From a plasmid, in sequence record NZ_CP023526.1: a stretch of 64,000 nucleotides of DNA; one strand, given 5' to 3'. Shown here one piece after another: positions 29,848-40,321 of this stretch. Each line of letters opens with the position of its first letter. Position 1 is the stretch's first letter. Both the position numbers and the translations under genes were made by a program. Under the pieces are notes generated by a model, which made no database searches, was not told where the DNA came from, and saw nothing but the letters and a program-made list of their open reading frames with translations.

Positions 29848-31228
29848 ATAAATTGCAGACAGTTTCCCTCTGCAGATTCAAACACTGAGCATCGCACAGC
29901 CCGGGCGAAATTGCCATGCACGCGTACGTGCCATCAAAGGCAACGTCCAGGCACTGTGTAGCCTGACCGAACCCCGGCTTCACGCAAGTCCGGCCTTCGA
30001 ATTTCAGACACACCACATCGTATACCCGCCAGCCCTGTTTCATCCGGCAGGGGCTCCTGCGCGCGCTGGCATTCTACCATGTCCGACATGAGACGAAGGA
30101 GAGACAAGCCACATGACTCACACCGACGGGCACCAGCCCGACATCTGGCCCGCATACGTTCTGCCCCGGGGCGGCACACCCGTCCCGCCTGGTCCTCACC
30201 CCCACATCAGGAGATACCCTGTGAACACCCCCCTTTCTGTACCCCGTCGCCCGCTTCAGGGCAAAGTCATCGCCATCACCGGGGCCGCCTCCGGGATCGG
30301 CCTCGCCTGTGCCTCCGCCTTTCTTGCCGCCGGGGCCCGTGTTGTCATGATTGACCGTGACGTCGGAGCCCTCCTCCACCACGCAGATACCCTCGGAGAG
30401 CACGCCCTGCCCCTGCCGGCCGACATCACCGACCCTGACCAGGCCGACGGTCTCGCTGACCACATCCTCTCCCTCGCCGGACGCCTCGATATCTTCCATG
30501 CCAACGCCGGCATGTACACCGGTGGCCCCTTCGTCGACACCGACCCCGACACCATCGCGAAGCTCCTCGACCTCAACGTCACCGCCACTTTTCGCTGTAT
30601 CCGCGCTGTCCTCCCCGCCTTTATCGCCCGACGCGGCGGGGATATCCTCCTCACCAGCTCCGTCGCCGGGGTCGTCCCTGTGGCACACGAGCCCGTCTAT
30701 ACCGCCTCCAAGTTTGCCCTCCAGGGCTTCGTCCACAGCCTCCGCCGGCAGCTCTCTCCCCACGGGGTCCGCGTCGGGGCCATCCTTCCCGGCCCGGTCA
30801 GCACCGCCCTGCTCACCGCCTGGCCCGAGGCAAAACGCCGCGAGGCCCTGGAGACCTGCGCCCTCCTGCAGCCCGCTGATGTCGCCGAAGCCGCGCTCTT
30901 TATGGTCACCCGGCCCCACGACGTCGTCATCCGGGATCTTGTGATCCTCCCGGCCGGGGTGGATCTCTGACGCCTTCCTGCCCGGACACTCAGACAGCTG
31001 CTCTCACGGAGACCTCAACGACGCCGGGAACCCGGCCCCGGCGCCTGAGGACAAGTCCGGAGAGGTGCCCTGTCCGCCAAAAGTCGTGCCCCATGGCGCT
31101 TATGGGACTATGACTCACGTCCTTCTACTTTCATCAAAGTGTTGATATTCGTTACTCTTTAGAAAGAGTACCCCCCCTTCTCAATAATCAATGCCGTATG
31201 GACTTAACAACGGCCGCTATGAGCGAGG
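29848..31228. repeat. SDR cassette copy B (full ~1.38-kb unit)
   Basis: Shared with 43636-45034 from tataaattgcagacagtttccct to ...gagcgagRaacggaagtt. Confidence 0.85.
30221..30970 (+). CDS. SDR-family oxidoreductase, copy B
   Basis: As copy A; alternative ATG 30113 preceded by GAAGGAGAGA. Confidence 0.8.
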   Translation: MNTPLSVPRRPLQGKVIAITGAASGIGLACASAFLAAGARVVMIDRDVGALLHHADTLGEHALPLPADITDPDQADGLADHILSLAGRLDIFHANAGMYTGGPFVDTDPDTIAKLLDLNVTATFRCIRAVLPAFIARRGGDILLTSSVAGVVPVAHEPVYTASKFALQGFVHSLRRQLSPHGVRVGAILPGPVSTALLTAWPEAKRREALETCALLQPADVAEAALFMVTRPHDVVIRDLVILPAGVDL

Positions 31229-31357
31229 AACGGAAGTTCGTTTTCAGGTAACATACTCCATATGCAAGAGGTTCTCTAAAAGAGAATGGGGCGTCTAAGC
31301 GGGATATTTACCGCTTCGCGGCACTCTTATGCTCGGAGACGCAACCTGTACCACCAC

Positions 31358-31395
31358 TTTCTGATGCCCCCGCGAGGGCATCAGAAAGTTATTAT
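31358..31395 (+). terminator. 13-bp-stem hairpin followed by a T-rich run (terminator-like)
   Basis: ctttctgatgccc-ccgcga-gggcatcagaaag followed by ttattatctg. Confidence 0.35.
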
Positions 31396-31539
31396 CTGAA
31401 AAACACCCGCGCGGTCATCAGGGACAAGCGTTGCAATGGTAGTCTTTCCATTTCAGGAATCAGGGTTTAGGGAGCTGCAGAGCAGCAAACGCCGTTAAGC
31501 GCTCATTTTAAATGGGTATTAAGGAAAAAGAGGTACTTT

Positions 31540-31989
31540 ATGAAGCTTAAACATCTGGGCACATCGGTGCTGCTGGCGGCAATGGTTTGCTGGAGTAGTT
31601 TATCTACAGCAACCAGTGAGCAGGAAGTGAATGCAAGGCTCGATCAACTTTTCAATACACACCAGGAATATCATAATTTTCTCGATAACCTGCAAACACA
31701 GCTCATCAGCGAAAATAAAGTAGAAGTAGCGAAACTGATTTCTTACCCCATTAAAGTTAATATTGATGGTAAAAAGATTAAAATAAAAACGCCGCAACAG
31801 CTTATCAAATTATACGGTTCCATTTTTACCCCTGCTCTGGTGAAAGTAGTTAATACCCAGCAGTATAAAGATCTGCTTATCAACGCTCAGGGCGTAATGA
31901 TTGGCAACGGGCAAATATGGTTTTCCTCTGTTTGCGGAGATAATCAGTGTAAAAAATCAACCGTGCTAATTACCACCATCAATAAATAG
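31540..31989 (+). CDS. secreted/periplasmic protein of unknown function
   Basis: Signal peptide MKLKHLGTSVLLAAMVCWSSLSTA; AT-rich; GGAAAAAGAGG RBS. Confidence 0.55.
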   Translation: MKLKHLGTSVLLAAMVCWSSLSTATSEQEVNARLDQLFNTHQEYHNFLDNLQTQLISENKVEVAKLISYPIKVNIDGKKIKIKTPQQLIKLYGSIFTPALVKVVNTQQYKDLLINAQGVMIGNGQIWFSSVCGDNQCKKSTVLITTINK

Positions 31990-32458
31990 GGTACTGTCGT
32001 ATCAAGACGAGGCCGGGTAATATTCTGCTTTTTTTGATATTACCTGACCCCAACTTTGATCCGGCTCGCCTGCAGAAGCCTGTATGGTCCCTTTTATATC
32101 AATGAATAATGTATCTACTGGCATCTGGTGTACCTACTCAGCCTGTGTAGTCAGGTCACGGGAATAACCCTCTTATAGTACAATAATCCCCTGTCTCCAA
32201 ACTGACCTTAACTAACAGAGAACAGTCCGGCTTCAGCTTCCTGCCATATATCGATCGTAATATTGGCCGGGCGGGTATTCGTGGAACGTAGTCCCGCTCG
32301 AAAACCGTCTGGAATTCCAGATTCGCACTAACATCTCATTTTTGGCATTTATCTACAGGGCCTGCCTGATAATTTGTTTTGTATCAATTATCACCTGCGT
32401 TTTTTTTATTTTACTTCAGTTGTCTCCTTCATTCCTTAAAACCTTAAAAGGATTATTT

Positions 32459-33559
32459 ATGAGAACAATACAGTCACCAGGTAAATATATCCAGGGGCCA
32501 GACGCACTGTCCTCCCTGAACGGCTATATCAAACCATTAGGTTCACGCTGGTTAGTCCTTGCAGATCCGGTGATGCAACAGCATCTGCACCGCTTTTCTG
32601 CTCAGGGTACTGACGAACTGCATTTCCATACAGAGTTATTTAAAGGGGAGTGCTCTCACCAAGAGATTCAGCGTATCTCCGCGCTGGCTGAACGCCACCA
32701 GTGTGAGGGGATAATTGGTTTTGGCGGTGGAAAAGTCTTCGACACAGCCAAAGCGGTAGCCTTTTACCAGAACCTGCGATCGGTCATGCTGCCGACCGTT
32801 GCTTCCACTGATGCACCAACGAGTGCTCATTCGGTTATCTACACCGAAGATGGAGAGTTCGACCAGTATCTGTTCTCTCATTCCAACCCGGACATGGTGG
32901 TTGTTGACAGTACCATTATTGCCAATGCCCCGGCTCGCCTGCTGGTGAGCGGTATGGGAGATGCGCTTTCTACCTGGTTCGAAGCGCAGGCGTGTTATGA
33001 ATCCCGTTCCACTAATATGTTTGGTGGGCAAACCACTCGCGCAGCGCTGACACTAGCTCGTTTATGCTATGACACGCTACTGCAGGAAGGCAAAAAGGCA
33101 AAAATATCGGTGGAGCAAAAAGTCTCCTGCCGATCACTGGAACGTATCATTGAAGCCAACACTTATCTCAGTGGCATTGGCTTTGAAAGTAGTGGGCTTG
33201 CTGCAGCACATGCCATCCATAACGGTCTGACCCTGCTTGATGACTGCCGCCGTTTCTTCCACGGAGAAAAAGTGGCATTTGGCACACTGGCACAGCTGGT
33301 GTTGCAGAACAGCAGCAATGCACAGATTGACGAGGTGTTGGATTTCTGTGTCTCCGTTGGTCTGCCAGTATGTCTTGAGCAGCTCGGCGTGACCGAAGAT
33401 GTGCAGAAAAAAATGCGCCTCGTGGCAGGCAAAAGCTGCAGCGAGGGAGAAACCATTTTCAATATGCCATTCAGTATCACCACCGAAAACGTATACAGTG
33501 CCCTGATTATCGCCGACCAACTGGGACGTCAGAAACTGGGCCTGACAGCGCAAAAATAA
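32459..33559 (+). CDS. gldA: glycerol dehydrogenase
   Basis: Fe-ADH family; near-colinear similarity to E. coli GldA as I recall it (IQSPGKYIQG.D..., GGGK..DTAKA, ASTDAP, NPDMVVVDS, GMGDAL.TWFEA, LSGIGFES.GLAAAHAIHNG, GEKVAFGTL.QL). Confidence 0.85.
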   Translation: MRTIQSPGKYIQGPDALSSLNGYIKPLGSRWLVLADPVMQQHLHRFSAQGTDELHFHTELFKGECSHQEIQRISALAERHQCEGIIGFGGGKVFDTAKAVAFYQNLRSVMLPTVASTDAPTSAHSVIYTEDGEFDQYLFSHSNPDMVVVDSTIIANAPARLLVSGMGDALSTWFEAQACYESRSTNMFGGQTTRAALTLARLCYDTLLQEGKKAKISVEQKVSCRSLERIIEANTYLSGIGFESSGLAAAHAIHNGLTLLDDCRRFFHGEKVAFGTLAQLVLQNSSNAQIDEVLDFCVSVGLPVCLEQLGVTEDVQKKMRLVAGKSCSEGETIFNMPFSITTENVYSALIIADQLGRQKLGLTAQK

Positions 33560-33590
33560 CCTCCTGTTTAGAGAAAACAAAGGTAATGTT

Positions 33591-35240
33591 ATGAGTCAGT
33601 TTTTTATGAATCAGAAGGCAGACCTGGTCAGTGAAGCGCTGGAAGGTATGTTATGCACCTGCCCTTTCAATAATCTGGCAATGCTTGATGCCGGACGGGA
33701 TATCCGCATAGTGGTTCGTCGGGACTGGGATAAGCGCAATGTTGCGATTATTTCCGGCGGAGGCGCAGGCCATGAACCAGCACACGCGGGTTTTGTCGGC
33801 AGAGGTATGCTTACCGCGGCCGTCTGTGGCGACGTTTTTGCCTCGCCAAGTGTTGATGCGGTGCTGAGTGCCATCATTAACGTCACCGGCGATTCGGGCT
33901 GTCTGCTTATCGTCAAAAACTATACCGGCGATCGTCTTAACTTCGGCCTGGCGGCGGAGAAAGCGCGCAAACTTGGCTACCGTGTGGAGCTGGTCATGGT
34001 GCGTGACGACATTTCCCTACCGGACAATCCACAGCCGCGTGGCGTGGCGGGAACGGCACTGGTGCATAAGATTGCGGGTTTCGTCGCCGAACAGGGGAAA
34101 ACGCTTGAAGAGGTCACCGCAGCGGCACAGGATGCGATCACTAAAGTGGCAAGTATCGGCGTAGCCTTCTCCAGCTGTAATATTCCGGGAGAAAATCGTG
34201 GGGATCGTGTACAGAACGGCACCTGCGAACTGGGCATGGGGATCCACGGTGAACCTGGCGTAGAGACACTGCAATTCCAGTCCGGGGGGGAGCTGGTCAG
34301 CCTGATGGTGGACAAGCTACTGAGTGCAGCTGATAAATGCAGCAGCAAAGCGCTGCTGATAAACAACCTGGGTGGTTTTTCCGCGCTAGAAATGTCACTG
34401 CTGACGCGCGAAGTGCTTCGTTCATCACTGGCCGGTGACATTGAACTGCTGGCTGGACCGGCAACGGTCGTCAGCGCGCTGGACATGAAAGGCTTTTCTC
34501 TGTCGGTCATTTCACTGACGGATGCCCTGCGCGAAGCACTGCTGGCGCCAGTGGACGTGGCTGGGTGGCCAGCACTGGTCAGGCCCCATAAACCTGAAAG
34601 GGTAGTGGCAGCAAACCGAATTCCGGAACATCGCTTTGTCCCTTCCAGGAATGAGATAACCCAGAGTGTGCTGGCAACGATCTGCAAGACGTTAATCAGA
34701 GCTGAGTCTGAACTGAATGCACTGGACGTGCTGGTCGGTGATGGTGATACGGGTTCCACCTTCGCGGGTGGAGCCCGACGGATACTGTCAGCCCTGGAAA
34801 GCGGTCTGCTTCCTCTTGATAAACCCGACGATCTGATGATTGCTGTCGGAGAGCATCTGGCCACTGCCATGGGGGGTTCCAGCGGCGTACTGATGTCTAT
34901 TATGTTCAACGCCAGTGGGCAAAAAATGGCCGAAGGAAAAACTTTGGGGGAATCAATTAGTTACGGCCTGAGCCGTATGCAGTACTATGGTGGGGCAAAT
35001 ATTGGTGACCGTACCATGGTTGATGCACTCAGCCCGGCCTTCTCCTGTATCATTCAGGGGGGGCGATTATCTGAGGTCGCCAGAGCAGCGCATACCGGTG
35101 CTGAGAGTACCTGCTCAATGGCTAAAGCTAAAGCCGGGCGGTCATCCTACCTCACCAGCGATAATCTCGATGGTGTGAAGGATCCGGGGGCATATGCAGT
35201 TGAGCTTGTCTTTGCGGAGCTGAATAAAAGACTATCTTGA
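33591..35240 (+). CDS. dhaK: ATP-dependent dihydroxyacetone kinase (fused DhaK/DhaL-type)
   Basis: 549 aa; Dak1 N-terminal (GGGAGHEPAHAGFVGRGML) and Dak2 C-terminal (GDGDTGST) motifs; follows gldA (glycerol to DHA to DHAP route). Confidence 0.85.
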   Translation: MSQFFMNQKADLVSEALEGMLCTCPFNNLAMLDAGRDIRIVVRRDWDKRNVAIISGGGAGHEPAHAGFVGRGMLTAAVCGDVFASPSVDAVLSAIINVTGDSGCLLIVKNYTGDRLNFGLAAEKARKLGYRVELVMVRDDISLPDNPQPRGVAGTALVHKIAGFVAEQGKTLEEVTAAAQDAITKVASIGVAFSSCNIPGENRGDRVQNGTCELGMGIHGEPGVETLQFQSGGELVSLMVDKLLSAADKCSSKALLINNLGGFSALEMSLLTREVLRSSLAGDIELLAGPATVVSALDMKGFSLSVISLTDALREALLAPVDVAGWPALVRPHKPERVVAANRIPEHRFVPSRNEITQSVLATICKTLIRAESELNALDVLVGDGDTGSTFAGGARRILSALESGLLPLDKPDDLMIAVGEHLATAMGGSSGVLMSIMFNASGQKMAEGKTLGESISYGLSRMQYYGGANIGDRTMVDALSPAFSCIIQGGRLSEVARAAHTGAESTCSMAKAKAGRSSYLTSDNLDGVKDPGAYAVELVFAELNKRLS

Positions 35241-35446
35241 ATATGGTCAGTAAATTCAGTGCGTTACTAGTTTCAGGTGGCTGTAAAAAGCACTCGCTCA
35301 GACCTAAGCTGGCAGTTACGGGGTTTGAGGGCCAATGAAACGAAAACGCACGTTTATAATGTAATGCATTGTTAGTATTAGATTTTTATTTCCTTATGCT
35401 CAGTGGGACGAAAACTCACGCTAAGGGATTCTGATGATGTAATTAT

Positions 35447-35476
35447 TAAAAAGGATCCACATGGGATCCTTTTTTC
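35447..35476 (+). terminator. rho-independent terminator downstream of gldA-dhaK
   Basis: aaggatcc-acat-gggatcctt hairpin followed by tttttt. Confidence 0.5.
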
Positions 35477-36200
35477 GCTGTGATTTTGCAGCTTGACTCC
35501 TACAGGGCCTTGTAACTGATACCGAATTCCCCGCCACACCGCTAAATATGCGAAGCAATACCTGCTCTGTAGTGCTTCAGGTGTTACAATCAGTGCACAA
35601 GGGCTCTGATATGCTGTTACCGACATTATTACATTCATCTCAGAGCGCAAGAGTCGCTGCCTGCCCGGAGGTAATTGTGCCAACTGGGCAATTTCTTCAG
35701 ACCTTACTTAATATTTGGCATCGAGATATTTATTAAATTTCTAATAGGTACACACTGGTTAGAGGCACTAAAGCACAATGCTGTCGATTATTGCATTGAT
35801 AAATAGCATCAATCCTCTCTTAGCGCTACCAGACCATAAGTCGCAAACAAACACTGCAGTCGGAATGGGTAAAGTGAAGCTGCGGTCAAGGTGCATCCCT
35901 ATGTTCGTGGGCTGTAAAGCCCGCTAACAACTCCGTTATAGATATCGAAGTATTTTTTGAGAAGTTTCTCATGATATATTAATTTAAAGTTGGGGATGTA
36001 TGAATGCCTATAACTCAAGCGTACAGCCAGGATATCAGAAAGAATATTAGTATTTACTTACTGAAAACACTGATGTAGGTGAGTGAGAAATAGTAATGTC
36101 ATATTTTTCTTTATGCGAAAAACATTCAACGGATCCGCCAATGTATTAACATGACCGTTTTATTCAATGGGGCACAGATCAATGAGCCTACAATGTTTGA

Positions 36201-36893
36201 TTGTATCATTTACCAATGGTTGAGGAGGCTTCATATGAAAAAAACTCTATTTTCCAATTGGGTGAATATTGTTACTCCAGTAAAAAAGTGTTGATAGCGA
36301 GCATTCAAAATTATCTTGCCAGGACTAATGATGGAGAGGTAAGCCATCCTGAAACTATTCAAAAGCTGCATTACCTTTTGTTAATGCACCCTAAGGCAAA
36401 GTATAAAATAGGCGCAGGCGTCAAAAAATTTTTAGTAACATCTAATGAATTGGGGTCAGGTAAGGGTTTTGAAATATTACGATATGACAATACGAAGGAA
36501 CGTTTTTCATACAAAACTTGTATCAATGGTCAAAAACAGACTCAACGCTCAAAGTCCGTTGAGGCCCTTCGTTTTTCTATTAGACAACAAATGATTGATT
36601 TTAGAAAAAGTTTAAAGTTGCCTTTAAACTGTGCAATATCTGGTTTGCCTATACATCATCATGATGAAATCCATATCGATCATCGCATTCCATTTTGGGA
36701 GCTGGTTTTAAATTTTCTTCATGAATATAATTACTCATTAATTCAGTTAGAAACTTGTGGTTCTGGTGAATATTTAAAACTCATTGATGAAAACATAATC
36801 AAGGAGTTTTATTATTATCATAAAAAAACAGCCATACTTCAACCAACATTAATAAAATATAATATTGAAAAAAGTGGCAGAGCATCATATTGA
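36201..36893 (+). CDS. hypothetical protein with HNH-nuclease-like motif
   Basis: NCAISGLPIHHHDEIHIDHRIPF resembles the HNH core (Cxx..HH..E.H.DH..P); AT-rich; stand-alone. Confidence 0.45.
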   Translation: MYHLPMVEEASYEKNSIFQLGEYCYSSKKVLIASIQNYLARTNDGEVSHPETIQKLHYLLLMHPKAKYKIGAGVKKFLVTSNELGSGKGFEILRYDNTKERFSYKTCINGQKQTQRSKSVEALRFSIRQQMIDFRKSLKLPLNCAISGLPIHHHDEIHIDHRIPFWELVLNFLHEYNYSLIQLETCGSGEYLKLIDENIIKEFYYYHKKTAILQPTLIKYNIEKSGRASY

Positions 36894-37193
36894 TAATTTG
36901 GCCAGCAGGGGTATTTGAACACCTGTCTACGTTGTTGAGCGGCTTGCAGAGATCGAGCAGGAACGGCAAAGAGCCGCGCTATCAGGCAAAATAATACACT
37001 GAGCATGATAGTTCCGGGTGGTGTGCCAGATTCTGAATTTTGGTCAACTCATTCTCCCTATTTTCCATCTTATGATAAAACGGAGCTGCAGGTGGGTGAT
37101 TTTTTGCTGCGGTAAGGCAGGGACGAATATTCAGCGGTAAGTTTGCAACCGGAGTGTGATACACGACCCGCAAAATGACAGGGAAATACAGGT

Positions 37194-37487
37194 ATGGACA
37201 TGAATGAATGCAGAAAGAGTGTGCAGGCCATTGACGAACAGATGTTGTATCTGGCCTCCCATGGTGTGAGAAGGCCAGTGGATATCCTGGAGCATATGGC
37301 CGGGCAGATGCCGGTATTGCATCGCATCTGGACAGAAGTCTCTGACGGGCAACTGTCGGAACTGGCCGCTGAGTTTCCGGGGTTTCGTGCCCTTGCGGTG
37401 ATGACGGAGGCCGCCTGGCTGGCAGTGCAGAGCAAAACTTCCCGGTCATACGATGACATGCCGGTGTTCAGCGACCGCTACAGATAA
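37194..37487 (+). CDS. hypothetical protein (97 aa)
   Basis: ORF with no recognisable motif, directly upstream of the FinO-like fragments. Confidence 0.35.
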   Translation: MDMNECRKSVQAIDEQMLYLASHGVRRPVDILEHMAGQMPVLHRIWTEVSDGQLSELAAEFPGFRALAVMTEAAWLAVQSKTSRSYDDMPVFSDRYR

Positions 37488-38085
37488 TGGGTGAACAGTA
37501 CACTCACGCGGGGGGCGGAGCTGGAGCAGGACTGGCAGCGCTGTCGGAAAAGCGGCGATGTCGACGGGACCCCTGAGCTGCTGCAGTTGTGCCGGGCCTG
37601 GAAACAGGATGTGCAGGATTTGCTGGCCACGCTGAAGGCCGATGCGCAGATTTTACCGTCACAGCGGGCCTGTGTCGCGGCAGTTCTGCTCCCCATGATA
37701 GACCGCATCGTCAGCCCGTCTGCGCTGCAGAACGAAAGGAGTCAGAAATGAGCCATGACCGCCCGGTTCTGTCCCTGAAGCGAAAAACCGTGACGCCGGA
37801 GACCGGCGATACTTCGTCAGTAATGCCTACCCGCCGCACGGTGATACTGGCTGCCGGGCCGGAGGCAGCGTATCTCCGGTATCCGCGCCAGCCAGTCCCG
37901 GGTGTCCACATGGTCGCCCTCCCCGGCTGATGTCGGCAGAGCAGGCCGTCAGCCTCTTCAGTCAGACCTGGTCGGCGTTGTTTGAGGGGCAGCAACTGCG
38001 CCCAATGAAGAAAGGTATCCGGGAAGATATCTTTGCCGATATCGCGGCCCGTCCGTGTCCCGAAAAAAGGTACGGCGTGGCTGGC
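37486..38085 (+). pseudogene. ProQ/FinO-family RNA-chaperone gene remnants (three short consecutive ORFs)
   Basis: The third fragment, MSAEQAVSLFSQTWSALFEGQQLRPMKKGIREDIFADIAA, matches the ProQ/FinO N-terminal motif (FP..F......RPLKIGI.QDL). It is broken by stops into ORFs of 88, 60 and 51 aa. Confidence 0.4.
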
Positions 38086-38286
38086 TGAGTCTCACCCGCA
38101 GCGAAACGTACGTGGCAGTACGGGTTTCCGTCAGCCCCGCTTTGGGCCTGACGGGCAATCCGTTGGCGTAGTGACAAAAATGAAGCCGGGTTCAGCCAGC
38201 AACAAGTGAGGAAAGTGGGAGCCTGAGTGCGGGGTTATCTGTCGCCAGAGACCAGGTTACAGCCTTGAGGGAAACACCCATCATGG

Positions 38287-39591
38287 CTAATCAGGCAATC
38301 TGGACAAGCGTTGTCGTTTATTACAGGCTTTCCAGAGCCAGCTTTCCATGATGTAAACAATACAGGCGACGGCAATCGAGTTTATGGCAGGCACTCCCCG
38401 GGTATATTCGAGGCCTACAACACAACCCGCCAGACTTGCGATAATGGCCATCCAGCCTGTGTCCGGGGTGAAATCAGGCAGGGTGTTACGGGTATTGCTT
38501 TCGCGAAGCGTTTCCCGGTGTGTTTTCAGGACGTAGTAATCCATTAACATCACCCCAATAACGGGCGGAAATATAACCCCCAGCAGTGTCAGAAAATCCA
38601 CGAACATATCCAGAATACCCAGGACGGACAGCGTGGTTCCCAGTATTCCTATGACTATCGTGGTGGGTGTATATCGCAGTCTGATACCGGTGAGTCCCTC
38701 AACCACATTGGCAATGCCCAGCGTCGAAGAATAGAGATTGATATCATTGATACGTAAGGTTGAAAACACCACAATCAGGAGCCCGATATTACCGGCCCCC
38801 TGTGACATAATGGCCACAATGTCGGAAGTGCCTGACACGCGTGATATCAGAATAGCGAGCCCGTTGACAACGACTTCACCGGAAACAACCGTTAACAGGG
38901 TAATACCGAATACCTGGCGCGAATTTCTGGAATACCGTGTTAAGTCCGGGGTGATCAGGCTGGCGACAATGGCTCCACCAACAACAATAGTAGTACCGGC
39001 ACTAATGGATAACCGATGCCCGGTGGGCGGCATCAACAGGATTTCTGTAATCGTATGGTCTTTTAAGGTGTGGTATGAAATAAAGGCAATCAACGAAACA
39101 AAAAGCGGAACCGCAATCCGCGCCGCAATTTTCAGTGCCCGAAAGCCAAAAGCCACCAGAAAAGTCAGAAACAGGCCTGATGCCGAGGCAGCAAGGGGAA
39201 AACCCGGACGACCATGCAGGGCCGCATTCAACGAGCGGGCAAAAATCGCGTTCTGAACGCCAAACCATCCGAGAAGGCTCACCGCAACCACCAGACCGAT
39301 GAGCACAGAACCGTTGCGCCCGAAGCCGCACCAGCGTGCCAGCAGACTGCCGGAAATCCCCTCCCGCATCCCCGCCAGACCCAGCCCCCAGGTGACGAGC
39401 CCGAATAATAGTCCTCCTGCAGCAATCGCTACCAACGCTGCCGACAGCGTCATCGAATTACCCAGCACGGCCCCCATCATGAACTGGTCCAGTGCGGTTA
39501 TCATTCCCATATGAACGATGGCAACGCTCAGAAAAGACGCTTTTCTGTCCGCTGGTACCCGGCTCAGGGGAAAATCATCAAATTTTAACAT
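38287..39591 (-). CDS. NCS1-family nucleobase:cation symporter (cytosine/purine/allantoin-type permease)
   Basis: 434 aa, ~12 TM helices, NCS1-like conserved N-terminal region (ADRKASFLSVAIVHMGMITALDQFMMGAVLG). Confidence 0.75.
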   Translation of the reverse strand: MLKFDDFPLSRVPADRKASFLSVAIVHMGMITALDQFMMGAVLGNSMTLSAALVAIAAGGLLFGLVTWGLGLAGMREGISGSLLARWCGFGRNGSVLIGLVVAVSLLGWFGVQNAIFARSLNAALHGRPGFPLAASASGLFLTFLVAFGFRALKIAARIAVPLFVSLIAFISYHTLKDHTITEILLMPPTGHRLSISAGTTIVVGGAIVASLITPDLTRYSRNSRQVFGITLLTVVSGEVVVNGLAILISRVSGTSDIVAIMSQGAGNIGLLIVVFSTLRINDINLYSSTLGIANVVEGLTGIRLRYTPTTIVIGILGTTLSVLGILDMFVDFLTLLGVIFPPVIGVMLMDYYVLKTHRETLRESNTRNTLPDFTPDTGWMAIIASLAGCVVGLEYTRGVPAINSIAVACIVYIMESWLWKACNKRQRLSRLPD

Positions 39592-39608
39592 TGGAAAAAC
39601 ACCTTATA

Positions 39609-40304
39609 TTAAATGAACACAATGCTTTTATTCAGAAGACTTGGGGGGATATAACTGTTCAGAGCTGTATGGCGGCAGTATTCAACAAATTGTTCACGGG
39701 AATGCACATCAGCTTTGTAATATATTTCCTGCACCCTGTTACCGATTGTCCGGGCACTCAGGTTATAAACTCTGGCAATTTCTTTAATGGAGAATCGCTG
39801 GAGTAACAAAAAAATAATATCGTGTTCCGCTGCGGTGAAATTGCCCTGGCCGGTAACCTCAGTTGTCAGAATGCCTGGTTTAGTTTTGGAGATAAAACTC
39901 AGCGGGGAGAGAGAGGTCAGCGGTTTTGCATTCCACACAATGCACACCAGCTCGCCTGTCGCGCTAAATACAGGCGTTTTTTCACTAATGAACGGTAACA
40001 GATGGCCCTGCCCGTACCAGTAATCGGTTTCAATTACCGTCACTTTTTTCCGCGATAGCCCGGTCACGCGGTCATGCTCGATTAAGTCAGCAGACAACTC
40101 AGCCCAGCAGGCCGGAAACTCCGCATCATACTTTCCTTCAAAGTCAAAATTTGACGGTGTCAGCGTATAGCTCAGGGCTGCAGCATTCATGTAAAGATGA
40201 CGTGAATCCGGGAGTTTGAGCCCCCAGGGTTCATCCAGATGTTCCAGCATGCTGACTAAAAGAGAAATATCCGAACCAGAGTCAGAAGGCAGAACCTTAC
40301 TCAT
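39609..40304 (-). CDS. LuxR-type regulator, third paralogue of the 24820/25513 pair
   Basis: C-terminal AAEHDIIFLLLQRFSIKEIARVYNLSARTIGNRVQEIY and tail NSYIPPSLLNKSIVFI. Confidence 0.65.
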   Translation of the reverse strand: MSKVLPSDSGSDISLLVSMLEHLDEPWGLKLPDSRHLYMNAAALSYTLTPSNFDFEGKYDAEFPACWAELSADLIEHDRVTGLSRKKVTVIETDYWYGQGHLLPFISEKTPVFSATGELVCIVWNAKPLTSLSPLSFISKTKPGILTTEVTGQGNFTAAEHDIIFLLLQRFSIKEIARVYNLSARTIGNRVQEIYYKADVHSREQFVEYCRHTALNSYIPPSLLNKSIVFI

Positions 40305-40321
40305 TTCGCACAGACCACCGG

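Noticed and set aside
29843-30043. Cys-rich 66/78-aa minus-strand ORF in the head of SDR cassettes B and C (also 43600-43836)
   Set aside because: It lies in the shared high-GC leader; the C-terminus differs between copies because the repeat boundary cuts it, and it has no RBS. Likely spurious, although a small regulatory protein cannot be excluded.
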